DNA of 63,613 nucleotides, counting the filler, from Reclinomonas americana ATCC 50394 (taxonomy: Eukaryota), in assembly GCA_048213135.1 (NCBI GenBank). It is 22 parts of 22 records of this genome, joined end to end, with 100 filler letters (N's around TTAATTAATTAA, not from the genome) between each part and the next. Parts side by side here need not be neighbours in the genome. Positions count along the whole stretch, not along the records: positions 32,604 to 35,994 come from AFZH01018570.1; positions 36,095 to 38,885 come from AFZH01018571.1; positions 38,986 to 41,475 come from AFZH01018572.1; positions 41,576 to 43,487 come from AFZH01018574.1; positions 43,588 to 45,359 come from AFZH01018575.1; positions 45,460 to 50,527 come from AFZH01018576.1; 16 more parts are not named here. One strand, 5' to 3'. This document shows positions 35,674-45,762 of this stretch, piece by piece (position 1 is the stretch's first letter; every line of letters starts with the position of its first letter). The translations under genes and the position numbers were made by a program. The notes beneath the pieces were generated by a model. That model was not told the DNA's origin. It saw nothing but the letters and a program-made list of their open reading frames with translations, and ran no database searches.

Positions 35674-38050
35674 CTATGAGGCGGAAGCAGGCAGTGCGGC
35701 TCCGCGCCACAAATCTGAGGTGGTGCAAGTTGGAAGTGGAGAAAATGAGCGCAAGAGGCATCGCTCCTCATCCACCTCTAGTGACATCTCAATCACCTCC
35801 CACAACCTCGTTTGCAACGCGGGAGACCGTCGCACCACCTCGGCCATCTGCTCCACCAACGATGGTCGATCGTTCAGCAATCGCACTACCAACACGTGTT
35901 GCTGCACATCTTGCAGCGTCAACTTCCTCTCCTCATCCCACGTCTCCCACGCAAATACATGCTGTGCCACAAGGCAGTGTTTGATTGATCACTTNNNNNN
36001 NNNNNNNNNNNNNNNNNNNNNNNNNNNNNNNNNNNNNNTTAATTAATTAANNNNNNNNNNNNNNNNNNNNNNNNNNNNNNNNNNNNNNNNNNNNCTGTGG
36101 CAGCAGTCGAGCACGAGAAGGAATGGCGTCGTGAGTGGCATGTCGAGCTGCAGGAGAGGGAGGGGGAAGAAAGTGAGCACACGGCGATGATCATGTGGGG
36201 AACAGAGAGTGGGAAAGTGAAGAAGAGAGAGAGAGAGAGAGAGAGAGAGCAAGCCTTGGTCGTCGTCATCGTATCACCTGCTCCAACACGATCGCCAGAG
36301 GCTGCGGGTCATCGTCATCAGCAATCGATACCGACTGCGCAAGGCACAGCTGAGGTCCGTAGGAGGCGGATGAGGCAGGGGATGCCTTGCCGTGGCCGCT
36401 CCAGTAGAAGAATCCCAGCTGTCCTTGGCGGAATGGAGAAAGGGCGGAGTGCATCTGAAGGGGGGAGAAGGGGGAAGGGGGGAGATGAGATGAGAGGAGA
36501 AGGGGGAAGGGGGAAGGGGAGAAGGGAGGAGATGAGATGAGAGGAGAAGGGGGAAGGGAGAAGGAGAGAAGGGGGGAGATGAAAAGGAAATAGACGACAG
36601 GAGAAGGGTGACAAGAGTGGAAAGAGGGAAGTGAGCAGCTTCCTAGTGCTGGACTAAAGCATTAGTCACAGAGGAGAAGAGTGGACGCTTGCCATGTTTT
36701 CCTCTTCTCTAAAGAAGAGAGCGATGAATGCAGAGTTGTCTCCTGGCTGTTTCCTCCTGTCTCCCATTGCCCTCTTCACTCCCCTCACCTCTCACGACAC
36801 TGGAAACACGAAAGAAGAGGACGGGAGAAGAGAAGATGAACGATGAAAGAATAGGAGAACGAACAAGAGTGTGGTCTTTGGCGTTCTTCTTCTCCCTTTC
36901 TCGTCTCCCTGCCTTCTCTCCCTCCTCCTCCTACGACACTCATGTATTCCAGTCGAAGAAGAAGAAAAGATGAGCACAAGACGAGAAGAAAAGAAGACGG
37001 CAAACAGAATGAAGAAGATTGTGGTCTTTCGGCGTTCTTCTTCTCTCTTTCCCGTCTTCCTGCCTTCACTTCCTCTTCCTCAACCGACACTCAAACATGC
37101 ATTCCAATCAAAGAAGAGGCAAAAGGAGAAGAGAGGATGAAAGAAGACAGCAAGCAGAACGAAGAAGAGTGGTGTTTCCTGGCGTTCTTCTTCTCCCTTT
37201 CTCGTCTCCCTGCATTTTACTTCCTCGGAGGAAAGAAGAATAAAGAGAGAAAGGATACGGGGACAAGAGAATGCTGAGTCGTCTTCTCCTCCCCTCCTTC
37301 CCCCTCTCCTTTCCCTCCTCCTCCTACGACACTCAAAATATGAATGAAGAGGACGGGGAGAAGAGAAGATGAAAGAAAGGCAAAGCAGAATGAACAAGAG
37401 TGTGGTCTCTGGCGTCCTTCTTCTCCCTTTCCCGTCTCCCTGCCTTCACTTCCTCCTCCTCCTCCTCCTCCTCCTCCTCCTACACTCAAACACGCATTCC
37501 AAGCAAAGAAGAGGAAACAAGAAACGAGCGCTGAGTCGTCTCCTCCTTTCTCTTCCCCCTCCTCCTCCTCCTCCTCCTACCCTCCTTCCCCCTTTCCCCA
37601 TCCCCCTCCCTCCCCTCCTTTCCCTCCTCCTCCTCCTCCCCACCTGTTGCAACGACGCATGCCCGCACACAACAATCACATGCCGCGGATCATCCTGCAG
37701 AAGCAGTCTCTCGCGCAACCACAATCCCATCTGACTCGCATCGGCGTGTGCATTCAGCAGCGAGTGTCGCACTTGAGCTTCTCCCCTTCCTCCTCCTTCG
37801 CCCACCTCGCTCTCAAATCGCGCAAGAAACTCACTGCAAGCAGTGCGAATGCTCAGTCCGGGCGTCAGTGCACCAGTAAAGGAGGCGCACAGAGCAACAG
37901 TCAGTGGTGAGGATGATGATGTGTGGTGAGGAGGTGGAGGAGGAGTTGCGAGGAGGTGACGCAGGAGGGCGCGCACTCGGCGCATGCAACGCTTCGAGGG
38001 ACAACTGATTGATGGAACAACGTCGAGGTCCTCTTCTTTGTTCCTTTCAT
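35674..38050 (-). CDS. Caspase-like cysteine protease (peptidase C14, metacaspase/orthocaspase-like), interrupted by a spacer
   Basis: In-phase exons 37644-37730 (MGLWLRERLL...HVIVVCGHASLQQ), 36278-36454 (MHSALSPFRQGQLGFFYWSGHG...) and 36095-36147 (PFLLVLDCCH) carry the His (SGHG) and Cys (DCCH) catalytic motifs. The start (38050) and last exon (35674-about 35965) are tentative. Confidence 0.78.
36790..37510. repeat. Degenerate intronic tandem repeat in the caspase-like gene
   Basis: GTGGT...GGCGT(T/C)CTTCTTCTC(C/T)CTTT...CGTCT(C/T)CCTGC recurs at about 36872, 37021, 37169 and 37402. Confidence 0.75.
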
Positions 38051-38199
38051 TCACAGGCGATTGGAAGGACCAGAGGGGAGAGAGACTGCTTGAATGCTTA
38101 TGCCAGACGACAGCAGTAATGAGAACAGAGAAAGAGAAAGCAATAAAGAAGACTGCTGCATGTGTTTCCGAACGGTATCGACGATGAATGCAAAAGAGA

Positions 38200-38885
38200 C
38201 CAGCTTCACCATCATCGGCCAGACATCGACGTATCACAGCTTCGCGCTCCTCGACGATAAAGCAAAGCGGGAACAAAATGCAAAGAGAGAAAAAATCAGA
38301 CTGCATACAGCAGCCTGTATCAGCATAACAATGTAGCGCGGGTTCCGGGCTCAACGACGAAGCCAGCCTCACCAATAACTCACGGATGCAGTGCGAGACC
38401 CGCAGGGCATCACGGGCTCCTCTACGACAAGGCAAGCCGAAAGAACAAAATACACGCAGAGAAACATGCAGACTCCAACAGCACCACCTCCAGAAGCAGA
38501 CCGACATCGGAGAGGCATCAACATTTTACAACAACCTCGGGCATGAAGCAAACCGAATGCAAGGACGGAAAAAACGACTCCACCAGCACCACCTTCTAAT
38601 AGGTGCTGTGCGGGATCTGCAAGACTGCGGTACACCAACGTTGGCCTCCGCAACGACGAAGCGAGACAGAATACAAGAAGTACCAGCCTCGCCACCGGCA
38701 GAGCGGCCAGACATCGACGAGTCACAACCTCGAGCTCATCAAGCAAAGAAACAGGCAGACTCGAACAGCAGCACTTGCTCACGGATGCGGTAAACCACCA
38801 ACGTTGGCCTCCCCAACTATGAAGCAAGGCAGAATACAAGAAGTGCCAGCCTCACCACCAGCCGGCATACATCGACGAGTCACAA
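38200..38885 (-). repeat. Tandem decayed copies of the WD40-family C-terminal tail motif
   Basis: Minus-strand fragments in different frames (CFIVEEREAVIRRCLAD, RFVVAEANVGV, CFIVGEANVGG, LLDELEVVTRRCLA) resemble the WD40 tail CFIVEEAEVVVHRCFVD. Confidence 0.55.
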
Positions 38886-38985
38886 NNNNNNNNNNNNNNN
38901 NNNNNNNNNNNNNNNNNNNNNNNNNNNNNTTAATTAATTAANNNNNNNNNNNNNNNNNNNNNNNNNNNNNNNNNNNNNNNNNNNN

Positions 38986-39358
38986 CCTGACCCTGTGCGC
39001 ACACGCAGCTCGGTGGACCTGCGATTGCAGCTGTCTGAGAGTCAGTCGCAGGCCGGCAGGTGGCGACAGGAGGCGGAGCATGCGACGGAGAAGCTGGCGA
39101 GGGAACGTGCGCGTGTGGCGCATCTGAAGCAGGTGTTGTCTTGCGTGAATGCCTCTTGTTTCCGTTTCGTCTCGCGAACTGACGATGATGGCGATGCAGC
39201 GTGTGGAGCAACTGGAGGCCGATGCGCGCGATGCGTCGTTGTGTGGTGCTGTCAGGACTGCGCACACGACGGCCACTGCGGCTGGTGGGCTCATGGTGTC
39301 GGCGTCGGAACCGGCGCCATTACCACCACCACCACCACCACGGGCTCATCGTCGATGA
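38986..39358 (+). CDS. 3' fragment of a coiled-coil protein
   Basis: DLRLQLSESQSQAGRWRQEAEHATEKLARERARVAHLKQ followed by a GT donor, then RVEQLEADARD...PPPPPPRAHRR-stop. Confidence 0.4.
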
Positions 39359-39521
39359 AGCAAACCGAGAACAAATCCAGGAGAGCAATCAACGCGGTAC
39401 CTTACAGATGCAGAGCGGGAGCGGTACACCACAATCTCGCGCTCCTCTAAGGCAGACTTCAAGAGAGGCCAGCGTCACCACCAGCTGGTCACAATCTCGG
39501 GCTCCTCGTGCCACCACCACC

Positions 39522-40598
39522 TCACAGATGCAATTCACGATCGACGAAACAGCGGTGCACCACAACCTCGGCCTCCTCGACGATGAAGCAGCGCAGCACC
39601 AATTCTGGCAGGCATCGCGACTCCGACTCTTCCTCCTCCTGTCGCTGCATCTCTTGCACAGCGTGCATGGCCTCACGTGCGCAGTCGAGCTCGCATCGCG
39701 CCAGAACGCAAGGCGTGTACAACACGTAAATCGTCTCCAGGCCGCCGCAGACAATGCACTGACCGTCGGGCGTGATGGCGACACAGTGCACCTCTTCATC
39801 GTGCAACACCAACTGCCGCACTTCTTTCCCACTGGCCAGTGACCACACACGTATTGTCGAGTCGCCACTGGCACTGACAATGTGCTGACCATCGGGAGTG
39901 ACAGCAACAGACGTCACTCTATGGGCGTGTCCCTCCAATCGGCGCACCTCCTCACCACTCTCGATCGACCACACTCGCACTGTGCAGTCAGCTCCTCCGC
40001 TCACAATGTGCTGGCCATCGGGAGTGACGGCGACGGACCACACCACGTCCTGGTGCCCGTTCAACTGCAGCACATCTTCTCCACTCACCACGTACCACAC
40101 GCGCACGGTGCAATTGTCACCTCCACTGACGACGTGCTGACCATCGGGCGTGAGGGCGACGCATCGCACCCAGTTGGTGTGTCCCCCGTAGCGCAGCGCA
40201 TCCTTGCCGGTCTTGAGCGCCCGCACACGCACCGTCCTGTCGTTGCTTCCGCTCACAACGTAGTGCCCGTCGGGAGTGATGGCGACAGATGACACTGCCC
40301 AGGTGTGCCCGTCCACGCGGCGCACCTGCTCTCCACTCGCCATTGACCATACGCGCACTGTCTTGTCCCAGCTGCCACTGACTATGTGCCGGCAGTCGGG
40401 AGTGAAGGCCACAGACTCCACTCTCGCCGAGTGGCCCTGCAACTGGAGCACTTCGCGCCCACTCGCCAGTGACCACACGCGAACTGTTTTGTCCACACTG
40501 CCACTCACGATGTGGCGGCCGTCGGGGGAGATGGCCACTGAAAGGATCAAGCCGGTGTGGCCAGTCAAGAGGGTGGTGAGGAAGAGAGTGTGTGACAT
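39522..40598 (-). CDS. Intronless WD40 protein, 7 highly similar repeats plus a conserved tail of about 60 aa (358 aa)
   Basis: ATG at 40598 (MSHTLFLTTLLTGHTG...). Repeat consensus GHxxxVxSVAxTPDGxHIVSGSxDxTVRVWSLASG. Tail LARCELDCAREAM...SRCLPELVLRCFIVEEAEVVVHRC...LHL. Confidence 0.93.
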   Translation of the reverse strand: MSHTLFLTTLLTGHTGLILSVAISPDGRHIVSGSVDKTVRVWSLASGREVLQLQGHSARVESVAFTPDCRHIVSGSWDKTVRVWSMASGEQVRRVDGHTWAVSSVAITPDGHYVVSGSNDRTVRVRALKTGKDALRYGGHTNWVRCVALTPDGQHVVSGGDNCTVRVWYVVSGEDVLQLNGHQDVVWSVAVTPDGQHIVSGGADCTVRVWSIESGEEVRRLEGHAHRVTSVAVTPDGQHIVSASGDSTIRVWSLASGKEVRQLVLHDEEVHCVAITPDGQCIVCGGLETIYVLYTPCVLARCELDCAREAMHAVQEMQRQEEEESESRCLPELVLRCFIVEEAEVVVHRCFVDRELHL

Positions 40599-41418
40599 GG
40601 GGGAAAGGGGGAAGGGGGGGAAAAGAGGGGAAGGGGGAGAGAGGGGGAGGGGGGAGAGGGGGGAGGGTGGGAGAGAGGGGAGAGCGGGAGGGAGAGAGGG
40701 AGAGAGGGAGGGTGAGAGGCGAGGAGAGCGGGGGAACACAGGGCGAGAGAGAAAGAAAGACAGAGAGCGACGCGAGAGGGATAGAGGGGGAATAGCAACA
40801 AATTGGTTGGAGGACGCAGTGTCAACGTCGTGCAGCGACCAGAGTGCAAGGCACAGCTAATGTAGGGTGTGATGTGCACTAGAGACGGGCGCGACCAGGT
40901 CAAGAAAAGGCTCGGTGTTGCTGCCAATCTCTTGATCGCGATCGGACTTGGTGAACCTGAAGGCTTTGTGCGCAGCCAGCACCACTCTTCGCGCCCAACT
41001 CAATGCAGCGCAAGTACAACGTTCGCGTCTGCAATCATGCAGCTGCGTTGCTCGCGCTGTGTGGATCGACAGGAGAATTGAGTTTGTTGTTACATCGTCG
41101 AAGGCACCATTGTTGTCGTTGTTTTTGTTGGCATGAGCGGACTTGTCACTGCATTCCGCGGGGGAAGGAAGTAAAAAAAGGGAGGGCGACGCTGAGCTGC
41201 CTCCTGACCACTGGTTGGGAGGTCAACGAACCAATGTACATCAACGAGAAGGGGCCCTCATCACTCACTTTCTCTTTGTCCCCTTCCTCTCTCACTTTCT
41301 TTCTCTCCTTTCCACCCTTTTATCTCACTCTTCCGTCACACTCTTCCGCCACTCTCTCTCTCTCTCTCTCACTCACTCACTCACTCACTCACTCACTCAC
41401 TCACTCACTCACTCACTC

Positions 41419-41472
<54 letters not shown>

Positions 41473-41583
41473 CTCNNNNNNNNNNNNNNNNNNNNNNNNN
41501 NNNNNNNNNNNNNNNNNNNTTAATTAATTAANNNNNNNNNNNNNNNNNNNNNNNNNNNNNNNNNNNNNNNNNNNNCGTCGTCG

Positions 41584-41681
<98 letters not shown>

Positions 41682-41739
41682 GTGTGTGTATGTGTGTGTG
41701 TGTGTGTGTGCTCTTGTTTTTCCGACTTTGCCTCGGCAG

Positions 41740-42262
41740 GCAAACTTTGAGATCGCTCGACGATTGGGCTCTCTAGGTGCGTTCTTTGAAGGGAGTCGTG
41801 TGTGTGAAAGAGAGAGAGAGAATATGTGTGTGCATGCCGATGAGTTGCACAGTGATCGCGTCCGCCTGTCAACAATCGTGTTTTTCCTCCTCCTCTCCTC
41901 CTCTTCACTCCCTCCCTCCCTTCCTCCCCGCCTTCTCCCTCACTCTCTCTCTCTCATACCTCTTCCGAACTCGACCAGGCGCGGTCACCGCAACTCTCCT
42001 TTTCGGCGTTCCACTCGCGGTGCAAGCATGCAGAGGAATGAGAATTGAGGGCTTTGGCTTGCAAGCCAAGGCCAACATTGCAGTCGGGTCGGTTGTTGTC
42101 GGAACTTCGTCTCTCGTGGGATACGTTGCGGGATTCGTTGGCGGAGGAGCTGTGGCTTCGATATACAACCTGCGTACGTGGAGCGACGAGGAGGCCTTTG
42201 GTCGAGTTATCTCATGGTTCTTCCAAGTCGCACGAGTTGTTGCGCCTTGCGACGTCGACTGA
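41740..42262 (+). CDS. Small Gly-rich membrane protein A, copy 1 (5' partial)
   Basis: ANFEIARRLGSL|GAVTATLLFGVPLAV...SLVGYVAGFVGGGAVASIYNLRTWSDEEAF. Hydrophobic GxxxG segments, conserved with copy 2. Confidence 0.6.
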
Positions 42263-42271
42263 ACAGTTGCA

Positions 42272-42809
42272 ATGAGTGAGCGCAGGGATCACGATCCAGA
42301 TCAAGCCTTCGCCCTCAAAGGCGCCGTTATAGGTTTTTTACCCCGTGCATGTGCATGTCGTGAGGGCGCCGGCGTGCGCTAAATACTCTCTCTCTCTCCC
42401 TCTCTCTCTCTCCCTCTCTCTCCCTCTCTCACCGGTCACTGATGTCCGTCTCATTCTCCATGTGTCTTTCGTGGTGATGCAGGTGGTGTGGTGGGCTTTG
42501 CAGTGGGCACATGCATTGCCATGTGGACGCACAAGCTTGCAGGCGAATATGCCAAACTGCAGATGTATGGTGGTGCCATCGTTGGTGTCGGACTGGGAGG
42601 TAAGTATGCGGCGAAGCGTGCAGCTCTATCCACCACGTGAATGCGCACGCATATCGCTGACCAAGAGCGCAGAGTTGATGTGCCGAGGTTTGAAATGGGA
42701 CGCGTGGTTCGCTTATAAGCCTGTGGATCCGGAGATTCTCGCGCGAGAGCATCCGCGTCGACGAGTGCCTGAGAAGGTAACCTCGGAGCCCTTCAAGATA
42801 TCACTGTAA
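42272..42809 (+). CDS. Small glycine-zipper membrane protein B, copy 1 (3 exons)
   Basis: MSERRDHDPDQAFALKGAVIG|GVVGFAVGTCIAMWTHKLAGEYAKLQMYGGAIVGVGLGE|LMCRGLKWDAWF...PFKISL-stop. Differences from copy 2 in exon 1 are largely at third codon positions. Confidence 0.75.
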
Positions 42810-43176
42810 TGCGTTGCGGTGACCATTGCAATACATGGCCAGCAGCACGAGAGCAACGCCGTGTGCTGTTGAGTACTTTAATGGACAGTTGTCGCATTAT
42901 TCTAATGTGGTGTATGACAAGTTGCTGCAGGCAAGAGATTTGTGGACCTTTGTGTTTAAGATCGCGATCGTGCACGTGAATTGGAAGTACGTCGACGTTG
43001 ATATCGATCACACTCACGCAGCGGTTCAAGGGTGAATGGTAGAGGAAGACACTGATTTCACGTGACAACAAGGCTACGTGCATGATGCATGCCGCACTCC
43101 GCAGTGTGTGATAATGAATCGCATTGCCCACTCATGATCTAATCGTCCCGTCAACGACGCGTTCGGCAAGACGATC

Positions 43177-44172
43177 ATGCTGTTCTGGAATCTCGCCACG
43201 TTCAGCGACCACCCTTTCTTTGTGGTGAGTGCACTCCCCGCGTCACCTCCGCACTCGCGCTCGCGTGCGTTTTGTTCCGACGCGTGTGCGCATACCTTGC
43301 AGGTGAACTTTTGAGATCGCTCGACGTTTGGGCTCTCTCGGTGCGTTCGTTGAGAGAGTCGTGTGTATGTGTGTGTGAGAGAGAGAGAGCAGTCCCTAGA
43401 GATCATAATCGCTGTCCGCCTCATTATCATGCCCCTTGTATTCAATAAGCACGTTGATCCTCCTCCTCCTCCTCCTCCTCCTCCTCCNNNNNNNNNNNNN
43501 NNNNNNNNNNNNNNNNNNNNNNNNNNNNNNNTTAATTAATTAANNNNNNNNNNNNNNNNNNNNNNNNNNNNNNNNNNNNNNNNNNNNTCCTCCTCCTCCT
43601 CCTCCTCCTCCTCCTCCTCCTCCTCCTCCTCCTCCTCCTCCTCCTCCTCCTCCTCCTCCTCCTCCTCCTCCTCCTCCTCCTCCTCCTCCTCCTCCTCCTC
43701 CTCCTCCTCCTCCTCCTCCTCCTCCTCCTCCTCCTCCTCCTCCTCCTCCTCCTCCTCCTCCTCCTCCTCCTCCTCCTCCTCCTCCTCCTCCTCCTCCCCC
43801 CTCCCCTGTCCCTTCCTTCCTTCCTCTCCCACTCATCCTGTCCCCTCACGACGTCGACCAGGCGCGCTCGCTGGCATTTTTTACGGCATTCCGCTCGCAG
43901 TGGGGACATACGGAGATCAATGTCCATCCCGGCCATGGAGACGTCCGTGGCTGCAGCCTCAACAGCAAACCGCGCTCGACAACGCTATCGCGCCAAGTAT
44001 TGTCGGATTGTTTTCTCTCGCTGGATTCTGTGCGGGATTCGTTGGCTTGGGAGCTGTGGCTTCGATCTACAACCTGTGCACGTGGAGCGACGAGGAGGCC
44101 TTTAATCGAGCTGTCTCTTGGTGTGTGTGGTCGCGCGAGTTGTTGCGCCTTGCGACGTCCACTGAACAATGA
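43177..44172 (+). CDS. Small Gly-rich membrane protein A, copy 2 (one extra T at 43309-43312: frameshift or sequencing error)
   Basis: MLFWNLATFSDHPFFV|VNF(+T)EIARRLGSL|GALAGIFYGIPLAVG...AGFCAGFVGLGAVASIYNLCTWSDEEAF. The second intron spans a (TCC)n tract and a spacer. Confidence 0.55.
43459..43795. repeat. (TCC)n microsatellite spanning a spacer
   Basis: Pure TCC run on both sides of the gap; source of the polyE/R/G ORFs. Confidence 0.95.
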
Positions 44173-44693
44173 GTGAGCGTAGGAGCCACGATCCTGATCA
44201 AGCGTTTGCTATCAAAGGCGCCCTTATTGGTTTGTTGAGCGCATGCGCCTCATCCTCTTCCGGATCCACTCTTCTTTTCCTTCCGCTCACTGTCCTTCGG
44301 TCACTTGGTTGCTTGTAAATGTGTCCGCATGCGCAGGTGGTGTAGTTGGGTTTGCAGTGGGCGCAGGCATTGCCATATGGGCACACAAGCTTGCAGGCGT
44401 CGGCGAATATGTGCATGCCAAAGTGCAGCTGCTTGGCGGCGGCGCAGTCCTTGGCGCCGGACTGGGAGGTACGGCGAAGTGTGCACATGTTGTTTGTGAC
44501 TTGAGTTTTGATCGGAGAAAGCGCCCTCCGTGTAGAGTTGATGTGTCGAGGTGTGAATAGTAGCGCGTGGTTCGCTTCCAAGCCTGTGCATCAGGAGATT
44601 CTCGCGCGGGAGCGTCCGCGTCGACGAGTGCCTGAGAAGGCGACGCCGCAGCCAGTAGACGAAACCTCGGAGCCCTTCAAGATATCACTGTAA
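44169..44693 (+). CDS. Small glycine-zipper membrane protein B, copy 2 (3 exons)
   Basis: MSERRSHDPDQAFAIKGALIG|GVVGFAVGAGIAIWAHKLAGVGEYVHAKVQLLGGGAVLGAGLGE|LMCRG...PFKISL-stop. Same intron positions as copy 1. Confidence 0.75.
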
Positions 44694-45236
44694 GGTGTTG
44701 CGGTGACCATTGCAATCCATGGCCAGCAGCACGAGAGAATTGCCGTGTGCTGTTGAGTACTTTAATGGACAGTTGTCGCATTATTGCAATGTGGTGAATG
44801 AAGTGTTTTGTTGGTGTTTTTTGGCAAATATTGATGTCAGGATTCGGGAGCTTCTCCTCCCGCCATCATCGACAGCCCTCCTTTACGTCGCAGCAGGAGA
44901 CGAATACCCGCTTACAGGACGATTTCAGACGCTGTCATATCACATCGATGTGGTGGACGCGCACGCACCCGCTTTCCTCTGCTGGCCGCCACCACCGCCG
45001 CTGGATTGTTACCGCCGAGGTGAACACGGTTGCGCAGAGTGGCATCTTCGCTGACGCGGTCAAACTGCGCAAGTTTATCTTGGAGGGTGGGGTACCTGGG
45101 GCGGTGATTGTGGGCGACGATGAGGCGCGTGGACGTGGTGTGCCGGTACGTGTGTATCGCGTGTGAGGAGAGAAAGAGAGAGAGAGAGAGAGAGTGAGAG
45201 ATAGATAGAGAGAGAGGAGGGAGGAGAGAGAGACGT

Positions 45237-45329
<93 letters not shown>

Positions 45330-45459
45330 CGTAGTACGAGAGAGAGGAGAGGAGAGAAGNNNNNNNNNNNNNNNNNNNNNNNNNNNNNNNNNNNNNNNNN
45401 NNNTTAATTAATTAANNNNNNNNNNNNNNNNNNNNNNNNNNNNNNNNNNNNNNNNNNNN

Positions 45460-45567
<108 letters not shown>

Positions 45568-45762
45568 CCTCCTCCTCCTCCCTCCTCCCTCCTCCTCTCC
45601 TCCTCCTCCTCCTCCTCCCTCCTCCTCCCTCCTCCCTCCTCCTCCTCCTCCCTCCTCCTCCTCCTCCTCCTCCCTCCTCCTCCTCCTCCCTCCCTCCCCT
45701 CCTCCTCCTTCCTCCTCCTCCTCCCCCCTCCTCCTCCTCCTTGTCATTCATTGCCCGTGCAG

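Larger units (their letters stand above)
41720..44795 (+). repeat. Tandem segmental duplication: copy 1 about 41720-42912, copy 2 about 43290-44795
   Basis: Colinear matches, e.g. GAGATCGCTCGACG (41750/43313), TACAACCTG..ACGTGGAGCGACGAGGAGGCCTTT (42164/44068), GAGCCCTTCAAGATATCACTGTAA (42786/44670) and ATGGCCAGCAGCACGAGAG (42835/44719). Confidence 0.92.

Noticed and set aside
43532..43936. PolyR/E/G ORFs, and similar polyQ/C/L, CV, HT, RE and SL ORFs elsewhere
   Set aside because: Translations of microsatellites in introns or at contig ends.
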